DNA of 27,219 nt. It comes from a virus. Taxonomy: Duplodnaviria; Caudoviricetes. A program made the position numbers and the translations under genes. Shown piece by piece: positions 1-7,681 of this stretch. How positions within the stretch are numbered: position 1 is the first letter of the stretch; each line of letters begins with the position of its first letter. The notes beneath the pieces were generated by a model. That model saw only the letters and a program-made list of their open reading frames with translations, did no database searches and was not told the DNA's origin. Where the stretch lies: positions 1 through 27,219 of IMG/VR virus record IMGVR_UViG_3300009095_000062, one strand, 5' to 3'.

Positions 1-233
1 AACACCGGCCAACCGACCAAAGACCGCGCATTCCCCTGCCCGCCACCACAACTTGATCATTACGGGACAACCTTTACGATTGGAAATTGAGTACCCCGGC
101 GAATCCGATTGCTCTCTGTCACGGCAGCATCATATCGCGTGGTGATCTTCCACTCGTTTTGGTTCAGTTTGCGCCGATGAGCAGCGCAGATGCGCCGCGG
201 AGGACACCGGCTGGATCGCACTTCAAGCGCCTC

Positions 234-297
234 TGTGTGACGGACGGTCTGCTCGCCGGGCGGAAGGTCGCGGCGGGCACTGCTCGGTCTCCACCCT
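234..297 (+). promoter_or_regulatory. Putative late promoter 1 (GTGTGAC box plus -10-like CACCCT)
   Basis: TGTGTGAC at 234 and CACCCT at 292 (offset 58), the same geometry as the sites at 14195 and 20865. Followed by GGGAGG and ATG at 323. Confidence 0.45.
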
Positions 298-322
298 TGC
301 GGTTGGGCAAGGGAGGTAGAAG

Positions 323-553
323 ATGGCCACGCGCAGGACCGACAGCACCGCCATGACCACCGCGGCGAGCGGCAGCAGGAGCACCAGCCGCGAACACGAC
401 ACCAGCGGGATCGTGTTCACCGCCCACACCAAGACCGAAGGCGGCACCCCGCAGCAGCGGGACTTCTCCAGCTCGCGGCAGGTCAGCAGCGGCGAGTGGA
501 ACCCCGAGACGCACGGCGAGCCGCCGGATGTGCGTCCGGCCCGGAGCTTCTGA
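323..553 (+). CDS. Hypothetical protein, 76 aa, Ser/Thr-rich
   Basis: Strong SD GGGAGG upstream of the ATG, GC3-biased codons, first of three closely spaced small ORFs. Confidence 0.7.
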   Translation: MATRRTDSTAMTTAASGSRSTSREHDTSGIVFTAHTKTEGGTPQQRDFSSSRQVSSGEWNPETHGEPPDVRPARSF

Positions 554-564
554 AGGTGGCTCTG

Positions 565-651
565 ATGGCGAAGGGCAAGCCCAATTCCGGCACCCCGAAG
601 GACAAGCGGCTGAAGCCCAACCGGCGCGGTCGACGCAAGACCAAGACGTAG
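565..651 (+). CDS. Very small basic peptide, 28 aa (MAKGKPNSGTPKDKRLKPNRRGRRKTKT)
   Basis: Not in the ORF track. ATG 565 to TAG 651, GAAGGTGG upstream, fills the gap between neighbouring ORFs, GC3-biased codons, 12/28 K+R. Confidence 0.65.
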   Translation: MAKGKPNSGTPKDKRLKPNRRGRRKTKT

Positions 652-663
652 CGAGGCCCGCTC

Positions 664-873
664 ATGGCGCGTAGATCAAGCATCAAGATCAACCCCGCGA
701 ACAAGGGGAAGATGCGGAAGACCGCCGGAGCGAAGAAGGGCCAGAAGATCGCGATCTCGACCCTGAAGCGGTTGCAGAAGTCCAGGAACCCCACGACCCG
801 CAAACGGGCCACCTTCGCGCTGAACGTGCGGCAGGGCAAGATCGGTGGACGTCGCCGGAAACGCCGCAGATAG
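664..873 (+). CDS. Small highly basic phage protein, 69 aa
   Basis: GAGG upstream, 26/69 K+R and no D/E. The IKINPANKGK...RKRATFA pattern resembles small basic phage proteins (recalled, not searched). Confidence 0.8.
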   Translation: MARRSSIKINPANKGKMRKTAGAKKGQKIAISTLKRLQKSRNPTTRKRATFALNVRQGKIGGRRRKRRR

Positions 874-908
874 CGAAGCTCCCCCGCCGGGCCGCGCTCG
901 GGTTCGGC

Positions 909-914
909 TATACT
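909..914 (+). promoter_or_regulatory. Putative sigmaA-type -10 element TATACT
   Basis: Near-consensus hexamer in a GC-rich intergenic region, just before a structured leader and the 1095 gene. No clear -35. Confidence 0.4.
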
Positions 915-916
915 GA

Positions 917-1068
917 GATCAGCCGTGCGGCTCCGGCAGTACCGGAGCAAGCAGCGATCACCATCCCGGTCATACGGCCTTGGCAGTACCTCGGCCGATA
1001 CGCCACCCCCGAGCACAGCCCTAGTCCCTGCACGCGCTCGTGCGCCGGCCAGCCGTGGCCGGAGCGCG
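917..1068 (+). other. Structured leader / candidate ncRNA with two GG-CAGTA-CC hairpins and a third hairpin
   Basis: GCTCCGG-CAGTA-CCGGAGC (930-948), CGGCC-TT-GG-CAGTA-CC-TC-GGCCG (975-997), and CCGGCCA-GCCG-TGGCCGG near 1045-1062. Confidence 0.4.
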
Positions 1069-1094
1069 TCGCGTCCTGCCCACCAGGAGAAACC

Positions 1095-1826
1095 GTGTCA
1101 CGCACGATTGATCGTTTCCTGCTGCACAAGGCCCCGAGTAAACACCGCATCTTCGCGCTCGTCCTCGACGGCGGCACCGAAGAACTCGAAGCCGTCGCGA
1201 CCCTGCACAAGGACGACCTGCACCTCAGCAGCGAGCTGCTCGGCGCGATGATGACCACCCTCGGAACCGGCGACCCCACGCCCGTCGAGGAAACGCTGGA
1301 GTCCCTGCCCGAAGCGGTGGCCGCTGGCGTCCGGCAGTACTTGCCCTCCGACCACGCTCCCGAACCCGGCAGCCGCCGCTACTCCGGTGCGCTGAACTCG
1401 TCTCTGAACAAGATCTTCGTCCCGGACGAGCCCAGCGACTTCGACCGAGGACAGATCAGTGCCCTCCTGGAAGCCGCCTGGACCATCCCGGTCGCCGTTC
1501 GGGCCGACAACATGATCACCGAAGAAGGCGGGCTCTATTGGCGCGTCCACTTCTTCCAGGAAGTCCCGTTCATCGAGGACAGCGAGCAGGAACCGCGTAG
1601 CTGGGCGCTCCCCGACGGCGTCCCGCTCAACCGCACACTCATCAATGATGATCTCGACGAGGTATGGGACCACGTTGTTCAGGCCGCGGACGAAGGCAAG
1701 TGGGTCCGTATCCACCTGAGCGAACACGACCCCGACGATGAGGGAATTGGGGACAACGTGTGGCTGGTGGACATCTTCGATGCACCGCCCCCGCCAATCA
1801 GCGACGAGCGCGCTGACGTTCTGTGA
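1095..1826 (+). CDS. Hypothetical acidic protein, 243 aa
   Basis: SD AGGAGA before the GTG and normal coding bias. No motif recognised. Confidence 0.8.
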   Translation: MSRTIDRFLLHKAPSKHRIFALVLDGGTEELEAVATLHKDDLHLSSELLGAMMTTLGTGDPTPVEETLESLPEAVAAGVRQYLPSDHAPEPGSRRYSGALNSSLNKIFVPDEPSDFDRGQISALLEAAWTIPVAVRADNMITEEGGLYWRVHFFQEVPFIEDSEQEPRSWALPDGVPLNRTLINDDLDEVWDHVVQAADEGKWVRIHLSEHDPDDEGIGDNVWLVDIFDAPPPPISDERADVL

Positions 1827-1831
1827 AGTCA

Positions 1832-1865
1832 GCCTGGCCCCGACCGGATCTGGCCGGGGCCAGGC
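1832..1865. terminator. Bidirectional hairpin between convergent genes
   Basis: 11-bp inverted repeat GCCTGGCCCCG / CGGGGCCAGGC between the stops at 1826 (+) and 1868 (-). Confidence 0.65.
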
Positions 1866-1867
1866 CG

Positions 1868-2506
1868 CTATCCGGCGGCGTTGAGGAAGTCCATCCCGGT
1901 CTTGATCACCGTGAAGGTGGAGCTGAGCGCGGTCACGCTCGTCACCAGCCCGTCCCGCAGCCGCCGGAGCCGCCCGGAATCGCGATCGGGCTTCTCGGCT
2001 TCCTCCAGCAGCGCACCGACCTGCTCCTCCACTTCGGCGCGGGTGTCCTCCGGGACCCCGGGCAGGAACTCCTTGATCAGCGTCGCGCCCTTGATCAAGC
2101 TCTCCAGGTCCAGCGAATCGCCCTGGGCTTGGTTCTGAGTGACGTCGCGGTTGTTCGCAGCGACCTGCCCGTAGTTGTCCCCACCAAAGGAGATCGACTG
2201 GTCGATGTTCGCGGAGCCCCGGTTGGCCCAGGCGTTTACGTCGGCGTCGTAGTCGGTCACGCAGATCAACCCTTCGTCGGTGAGCCAGGTACGGAGCGGG
2301 ATGCTGCTGCCCCAGGCGCCCTTATCGGCGATGAGCTGGTGGGATACCAGGCTCTGAACCGCCTTCTCGAACTCGGCGGTGGTCACCTCCTGGCCACCAA
2401 CTTCCGGCGGGGACGGCTTTAGGAACTTGCCCGGCGGGGGCTTCTCGTCGTTGTGCTCGTACAGCCAGCCCAGGAAGGCCGTACGGACAGCGGCTATCCG
2501 TGACAT
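1868..2506 (-). CDS. Hypothetical protein, 212 aa (possible N-terminal winged helix, N/Q/G-rich linker, helical C-terminus)
   Basis: SD AAGGAG. FEKAVQSLVSHQLI...WLTDEG resembles a wHTH helix and wing, and ISFGGDNYGQVAANN is a typical low-complexity linker. Confidence 0.8.
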   Translation of the reverse strand: MSRIAAVRTAFLGWLYEHNDEKPPPGKFLKPSPPEVGGQEVTTAEFEKAVQSLVSHQLIADKGAWGSSIPLRTWLTDEGLICVTDYDADVNAWANRGSANIDQSISFGGDNYGQVAANNRDVTQNQAQGDSLDLESLIKGATLIKEFLPGVPEDTRAEVEEQVGALLEEAEKPDRDSGRLRRLRDGLVTSVTALSSTFTVIKTGMDFLNAAG

Positions 2507-2531
2507 CGCGCTTCTCCTTCACCCTGATCAG

Positions 2532-3272
2532 TCATACTCCGTTGTACGCCAACGAGCCGACGTCGGGCGTCTCGTCAGCGGGTGCGGTCTTCAGCTCCTC
2601 GCGCCACGTGCCGATGTGTTTCTTGGCGTAGCTTGTCGCGCCGATCGCCCGGTCTACCTCTGCCGGGCGGATCTCCTCCGGGTCGCGGTGATGCACGAGT
2701 ACCTGCTCCCGGAACCACGCCCGCCCCTGCTCCCGCTTCGACATCGCGGCCGGGCGTAGCTCGGTCACGTTGGTCTCGGTGGGCTCCGGCGGCTGCTCGG
2801 TCGGGGTGGCCGGCTGCGGCTCGGGCGCCGGGGCCGCGGGACGCTTCGGCGCGGGCCGTCGCGAGGCGGGTACTGCCTTGGGGCGGGAGAGCACCAGCAG
2901 GTGCACCATCAGCCAGCAGGTGATCGGGTAGACGGCGCTGACCCCGATGACAAGGCTCCAGTGCACGGAGAGCAACCCGAGCTTGATCAGGTGCGCGAGC
3001 ATGTTCCCCAGCAGCGACACCACCAGCGACCCGACCGCGACCGTCCGCGCCCAGCCGCGTACCGCGGCCGGGCCGGTGAGCCAGAGGACCGTGGCGACCG
3101 CGCCTCCGGCGTCGACGGTGATCGGTAGCGACCAGGCCATCAGGCCGCTGATCCCTACGCACTCGGCCAGCCCTCGCAGCCACAACGCGGACATGCCGAG
3201 GGTGACCGCCCCGACGATCCCCGTCCCGCCGTAGGTGACATACGGAACCCACGCTTCGCGGCGGGTTTTCAC
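2532..3272 (-). CDS. DUF2637/SpdA-like membrane protein, 246 aa
   Basis: Start revised to GTG 3272 after GGAGG. About four hydrophobic segments with AWSLPITVD and SLLGNMLAH patterns, a Pro-rich linker and a small C-terminal helical domain. Confidence 0.75.
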   Translation of the reverse strand: MKTRREAWVPYVTYGGTGIVGAVTLGMSALWLRGLAECVGISGLMAWSLPITVDAGGAVATVLWLTGPAAVRGWARTVAVGSLVVSLLGNMLAHLIKLGLLSVHWSLVIGVSAVYPITCWLMVHLLVLSRPKAVPASRRPAPKRPAAPAPEPQPATPTEQPPEPTETNVTELRPAAMSKREQGRAWFREQVLVHHRDPEEIRPAEVDRAIGATSYAKKHIGTWREELKTAPADETPDVGSLAYNGV

Positions 3273-3475
3273 ACCGACCTCCGGCGAGCCCCGGCGAGCG
3301 TGAACGTTCGCGCTTGATTCTCCTGAACGTGCATGGGCGGCATCTTCACCCGCCCGGCCCGGAAACCCCATCACCCGCGTATGACGTGTCCACTGGACAA
3401 CGTCTGCAATCATCGGTACTGAGCTGGGTAAACACCGGTACGAGAAGCGCGCCAACCGAAAGCGAACTTTGCGGC

Positions 3476-4141
3476 ATGGCTGACGCGCACACGCTCGAAG
3501 TCACCCGGTTCCCGGTCGCGGAGCTGCACACCTACCACCGCAACCCGCGGGTCGGGAACGTCGCGGCGATCCGCCAATCGCTGCGGGTCAACTCCCAGTA
3601 CAAGCCCATCGTCGTCAACGCGGGCACCTACACCGGCCGCCCCAACGAAGTCCTCGCCGGGAACCACACGCTCATCGGTGCCCGCGAGGAAGGCTGGGAG
3701 ACCATCCAGGGTGTCACCGTCGACGTCGACGAGGACCAGGCCGGGCGGATCGTCGCGGCAGACAACCGCACCAGCGACCTCGGTTCCTACGATGACCGGC
3801 TTCTCGCCGAGCTCCTGGAAGACCTCCCCGACCTGGACGGCACCGGCTACGACCCCGGCGACCTGGATGACCTGCGGGCGAAGCTGGAAGAACTCGCCGA
3901 TCCCGCCACCGGCGGTTCTCCCGACGACAACGTGCAGCAGTTCAAGTCGCTAGAGGAGAAGTACGACAGCTACGAGACCAGCGACAAGCGGATCGTGCTC
4001 CTGGCCTACGAAGGCGCCCAGTACGTGTGGGTGGTGGACAAGCTCGCCGACCTGGGCAAGCAGTACGGCGTCGACACCAACGCCGAGTGCGTCCTGAAGC
4101 TCATCGAGGCCGCCACCAGCGACCACGCCCCGGAGCCGTGA
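3476..4141 (+). CDS. Phage ParB/Srx-like N-terminal domain protein, 221 aa
   Basis: YHRNPR, SLRVNSQYKPIVVN, VLAGNHTL, RIVAADNRT and YDDRLLAELL motifs. ATG 3476 has no SD and may be leaderless. Confidence 0.9.
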   Translation: MADAHTLEVTRFPVAELHTYHRNPRVGNVAAIRQSLRVNSQYKPIVVNAGTYTGRPNEVLAGNHTLIGAREEGWETIQGVTVDVDEDQAGRIVAADNRTSDLGSYDDRLLAELLEDLPDLDGTGYDPGDLDDLRAKLEELADPATGGSPDDNVQQFKSLEEKYDSYETSDKRIVLLAYEGAQYVWVVDKLADLGKQYGVDTNAECVLKLIEAATSDHAPEP

Positions 4142-4992
4142 TCCCGATGAGCGACTACCAGGTCACCACGCTCCAGCGGGCGCTGTCCCCGGAGCAGGCC
4201 AGCGACTACGTGGGGCACAAGGTGCCGCAGCTCTCCCCGAACATTACCAGCGCGGTGGTCGCGGCCGACGCCGACACCGGCGAGCCCGCGTTCGCGTACC
4301 TACCGGTGGGGCCTGTGGCGGAGCTGCGACGAGCGGTGCTCGGGTTCAGCTACGACTCCACCACCCAGCGCGCCAACGGCTCCTCCAACACCTCCCGCAC
4401 GTTCGGGTACGCGCCGCGGCGCCCGGTCTACGGGCGGGAAGGCTGCGGCTCCACGCGGCTGTGGTCCGAGTCGCCCGCCGGCCACCACGTCTTGATCGAG
4501 TTCGGGCACCGGATGCGGGATCAGCTCGCCGCGATGTTCCCGCAGGTCGCCCAGAATGACACCGAAACCATGCAGGCGGTCGCGGCGGACTGGCGGCTCG
4601 GTGAGACGAACTGGACCAGCGGCGTCGTCAACCAGTCCAGCTCCCTGCCGTACCACCGGGACAGCTTCAACTTCCCGGTCTGGACCGCGATGCCCGTCGT
4701 CCGCCGCGGGATGCGCGGCGGCTACCTGCACATCCCGGAGTACGACGCCTGCATCGAGAGCCGCGACGGCTGGGCGGTGTTCTTCCCCGGCTACCAGCTC
4801 GTGCACGGGGTGACCCCGATGCACGCCACCACCCCGGGCGGCTACCGGTATTCGGTGGTGTATTACGCGCTGCGCGGGATGAAGGACTGCTTCACGCACG
4901 CGGTCGAGACCGAGTACGCGCTGCGCCGCCGCACCGAACGCGAGCGGGAGATGGCCGCGAAGCTCGCGGGACGCACCGGAGGCGCCTCGTGA
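4138..4992 (+). CDS. TET/JBP-family 2-oxoglutarate/Fe(II) dioxygenase (DNA pyrimidine hydroxylase), about 284 aa
   Basis: HxD (YHRD), GGYLHIPEY, distal His (LVHGVTP) and RxS (RYSVVYY), preceded by WTSGVVN and SRTFGY segments that match the JBP/phage-TET layout. GTGA overlap with the ParB gene; alternative start ATG 4147. Confidence 0.85.
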   Translation: MIPMSDYQVTTLQRALSPEQASDYVGHKVPQLSPNITSAVVAADADTGEPAFAYLPVGPVAELRRAVLGFSYDSTTQRANGSSNTSRTFGYAPRRPVYGREGCGSTRLWSESPAGHHVLIEFGHRMRDQLAAMFPQVAQNDTETMQAVAADWRLGETNWTSGVVNQSSSLPYHRDSFNFPVWTAMPVVRRGMRGGYLHIPEYDACIESRDGWAVFFPGYQLVHGVTPMHATTPGGYRYSVVYYALRGMKDCFTHAVETEYALRRRTEREREMAAKLAGRTGGAS

Positions 4993-5777
4993 TGCCCGCC
5001 CCCGAGGACTACCAGGTCGCGGTCCCCAGCTACCAGCGGCCGGAGCTGTGCGCCTCGGCGACGCTGCCGCTGCTGGCGGAGCGCGGCGTCGACCGCGAGC
5101 GGATCACGGTGTTCGTCGCCGACGAGCACGAAGCCCGCACCTACCGGCGCGCCCTGAACCCCCACCACTACGGGGAGATCGTTGTCGCCGAGCCCGGCAT
5201 GAGGGCCGTCCGGAACTTCATCAACCGGCACTACCCCGACGGGACGCTGCTCGTGCAGGCCGACGACGACCTCCGCGAGGTGTACCGCAAACACCACGGC
5301 AACCAACGGCAACCGCTGCCGGATCTGCACGAGCTGTTCACGATGATGTTCCGCCGCATGACCGCGGCCCGGTTGTCGCTGTGGGGCATCTACCCCGTGG
5401 ACAACCCGTTCTTCATGAAGCACCGCATCGAGGTCGGGCTGCACTACATCGTCGGGGCGTTGTGGGGCGTGCACAACCGCCACGCCCCGCACTGCCAGGT
5501 CAGTCTGGACGACAAGGAGGACTTCGAGCGGAGCCTGCGGCACTTCGAGGCGTCCGGGGCAGTGATGCGCATCGCCGATGTCGGGATCGTGACCCGCTAC
5601 TACACCCAGCCCGGCGGAATGCAGGTCACCCGCAGCGAAGACCGCGTCACCGCCTCCGCCGTCGAGCTGCACCACCGCTACCCCACCCTCACCCGCCTGA
5701 AGCGCCGCAAGTCCGGGCACATGGAAGTCGAGCTGCTCAACCCGGCACGTCAACTCGCAGGAGGCCGCCATGCCTGA
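4989..5777 (+). CDS. GT-A fold TET/JBP-associated glycosyltransferase (TAGT/JGT/GREB1-like), 262 aa
   Basis: VAVPSYQRP, AVRNFI, DxD (QADDDL), LWGIYP, KEDFERS and PGGMQ motifs. Translationally coupled to the dioxygenase. Confidence 0.8.
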   Translation: MMPAPEDYQVAVPSYQRPELCASATLPLLAERGVDRERITVFVADEHEARTYRRALNPHHYGEIVVAEPGMRAVRNFINRHYPDGTLLVQADDDLREVYRKHHGNQRQPLPDLHELFTMMFRRMTAARLSLWGIYPVDNPFFMKHRIEVGLHYIVGALWGVHNRHAPHCQVSLDDKEDFERSLRHFEASGAVMRIADVGIVTRYYTQPGGMQVTRSEDRVTASAVELHHRYPTLTRLKRRKSGHMEVELLNPARQLAGGRHA

Positions 5778-6264
5778 CGGTGCCCGCTCTGCCACCACCC
5801 CGAAGCGGATCGCTGATGAGCAGCGCCGCGAAAAGGCGCTCCAGCTCCGGCTGGGCGGGGCAACTTTCCAGCAGATCGCCGAGCAGTGCGACTACATCGA
5901 CAAGGCCGCGGCCTACCGGGCGGTGCTGACTGGGTTGCAGCGGATCGGCGCGGACGAAGCCCGCGAACTCCGCGATCTCGATCTCGCCCGGCTGGATCGG
6001 CTGCTCATGGCGGTCTGGTCGCAGGCCATGCACGGCGAGCTCGCCGCGGTGGACCGGGTGCTGGCGATCATCCAGCGGCGGGCACGGATGCTCGGCTACG
6101 AGGGCCTGCAGATCGACGCCACCGTCCACGCCGAGACCACCCCGAACCACGCCCGTATGAGCCTGGCCGATGCGCTCGGTAGCGACATCAGCGCCGAGCT
6201 GGAGCAGCAGATGGCTCGGGTCCTCAACGACGCGCTCCCGCCCGTGGTGGAGCCCGCCGAATGA
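5770..6264 (+). CDS. terS: Terminase small subunit, 164 aa
   Basis: N-terminal HTH (ALQLRLGGATFQQIAE) and LARLDRL...AVDRVLAIIQRRARMLG, typical of actinophage TerS. SD AGGAGG; lies upstream of TerL. Confidence 0.8.
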   Translation: MPDGARSATTPKRIADEQRREKALQLRLGGATFQQIAEQCDYIDKAAAYRAVLTGLQRIGADEARELRDLDLARLDRLLMAVWSQAMHGELAAVDRVLAIIQRRARMLGYEGLQIDATVHAETTPNHARMSLADALGSDISAELEQQMARVLNDALPPVVEPAE

Positions 6265-6297
6265 TCACGGCAGCACCAAGGATGAAAGGGGCCAGGG

Positions 6298-6639
6298 ATG
6301 GGTCGCGGGCAGGACTCGATGGTCAACGTCCGCATGTGCGACGACTTGATCGACAAGGTCGACCAGGCAGCGGAGACCGCGCACCTGCGGCGGTCGGCAT
6401 GGTGCCGGGAGGTGCTGACCGCCGCCGTGGAAAGCGGGATGCCGCTGCATCGCATCACCGAACTCCTCACTTCTCCGCCCGAACCCACCGTGGCCGTCAG
6501 CGTCGGAGCTGGCTCGGCCGATCAGCTCGGTGCACGGCGACTGCTCACCGGGCGGTGCCTGCACCCGCCGCACGCCCGGCTCCGCTACCCCACGCAGGAC
6601 GTGTGCGCCGCCTGCGACACGGTGCTCGCGCGTCGATGA
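6298..6639 (+). CDS. Ribbon-helix-helix protein with C-terminal Cys/His cluster, 113 aa
   Basis: MVNVRM strand followed by LIDKVDQAA and RSAWCREVL helices; C-terminal CLHPPH...CAAC. Stop overlaps the next ATG. Confidence 0.75.
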   Translation: MGRGQDSMVNVRMCDDLIDKVDQAAETAHLRRSAWCREVLTAAVESGMPLHRITELLTSPPEPTVAVSVGAGSADQLGARRLLTGRCLHPPHARLRYPTQDVCAACDTVLARR

Positions 6640-7415
6640 CCACCACCCAGCAGCAGCCGATCCTGGAACGGCTCCGGCATCTGCCCGCCGGCCAAGCCGA
6701 AGAACTCGCCTGCGCCGCTCACCTCGGGGTCTGGACCCAGCGCCGCCGCGGGCTGGCGATGTCGCCGCTGCATTGGGAATGGGCCGAGCTCGCGATGAAC
6801 CGCCGCCGTCTGGCGCTGGTGGCGCCCCGCGAACACGGCAAGTCCGAGGCGCTGAGCGTGAACGCGACGGCGTGGCGCTGCATCTACCAGCCCGGGATCT
6901 GGAGCTACCTGTTCGCGCAGACCGCCGACCAGGCCGAAGCGCTCCTCGGCCGGATCCGAGCCGTGATCGAGGAAGTCCGGCCGGAGCTGGTCGAGTACGC
7001 CACCACCGACAAAACCACCCGGCTCGTCCTCGGTAACGGCTCTCGCGTCGACTGCGCCGGTGCCGGGAAACGAGTACGTGGCGCTCACCCCGACGTGATC
7101 ATCGGGGATGACGTACTGGACGACGACAACACCGCCACCAGCACCCAACGCCGCAAGATCAACCGTTGGTGGTTCGGGTCCGTCGTACCGATGGCGCACC
7201 CTGGCACGATGCGCCGCCTCCGACACCCCGACGGCACCACCGACACCGTCCACATGCCCGCTACCCGCGTGCACCTGGTCGGGACGCCGTTTCACGCCGC
7301 CGACCTCCTGCTGTCGATGCGCGACAACCCCGTCTGGACGTTCCGGCGGTACGCGGCCGAATTCCACCCCGACCAGCTCGTGTCCGGCTCGCTCGCTGTG
7401 GAGGCCCGACGATGA
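6636..7415 (+). CDS. terL: Terminase large subunit, ATPase domain only, 259 aa
   Basis: Walker A APREHGKS, Walker B DVIIGDD, coupling motif LVGTP. Start revised to ATG 6636 (ATGA overlap). Ends at TGA 7415. Confidence 0.9.
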   Translation: MTTTQQQPILERLRHLPAGQAEELACAAHLGVWTQRRRGLAMSPLHWEWAELAMNRRRLALVAPREHGKSEALSVNATAWRCIYQPGIWSYLFAQTADQAEALLGRIRAVIEEVRPELVEYATTDKTTRLVLGNGSRVDCAGAGKRVRGAHPDVIIGDDVLDDDNTATSTQRRKINRWWFGSVVPMAHPGTMRRLRHPDGTTDTVHMPATRVHLVGTPFHAADLLLSMRDNPVWTFRRYAAEFHPDQLVSGSLAVEARR

Positions 7416-7681
7416 CCAACCCCCAACACCAGCCTTACCTGGGTGCGCGGCTGCATCTGGCGGCGCTGCGCGGCGAGGTGACCGTGATCGCGCGGCAGCT
7501 CACGCAGGAGCCCGCGTGCACCCTGCGGGAGCTGGCCGCGTGCTGGATCAGCAGCACGATGGAGGAAGCAGCCGCGGTGTTGCGGGGGTCGTTGGCGTGG
7601 TCTCAGGAGGAACGCGCTCAGCTCATCACGGACCTCGAATGCGCAGCGGAAGCCCTGTTCCAGATCGAGGACGGCGCATGA
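7412..7681 (+). CDS. Hypothetical helical protein, 89 aa, between the terminase halves
   Basis: SD GGAGG, ATGA overlaps at both ends, GC3-biased codons. Confidence 0.75.
   Translation: MTNPQHQPYLGARLHLAALRGEVTVIARQLTQEPACTLRELAACWISSTMEEAAAVLRGSLAWSQEERAQLITDLECAAEALFQIEDGA

Noticed and set aside
1-230. AT-richer left end as an att site, origin or gene (ORF 87-356)
   Set aside because: No repeat partner, tRNA or integrase in the window, and the ORF lacks an SD and coding bias.
2504-2520. Shared AAGGAGA(A)GCGCGATG start context with the 12266 gene
   Set aside because: Only two copies and mostly SD plus start codon, which is too little to call a start-associated motif.
3378-3387. CGTATGACGT as a fourth late-promoter box
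   Set aside because: Only 7/10 match and no NAnnnT hexamer at offset 58.
7412-7681. Intron or intein explanation for the split terminase
   Set aside because: No LAGLIDADG/HNH ORF, no intein-type Cys/Ser start with His-Asn end, and both junctions are ordinary SD-preceded ATGA overlaps.
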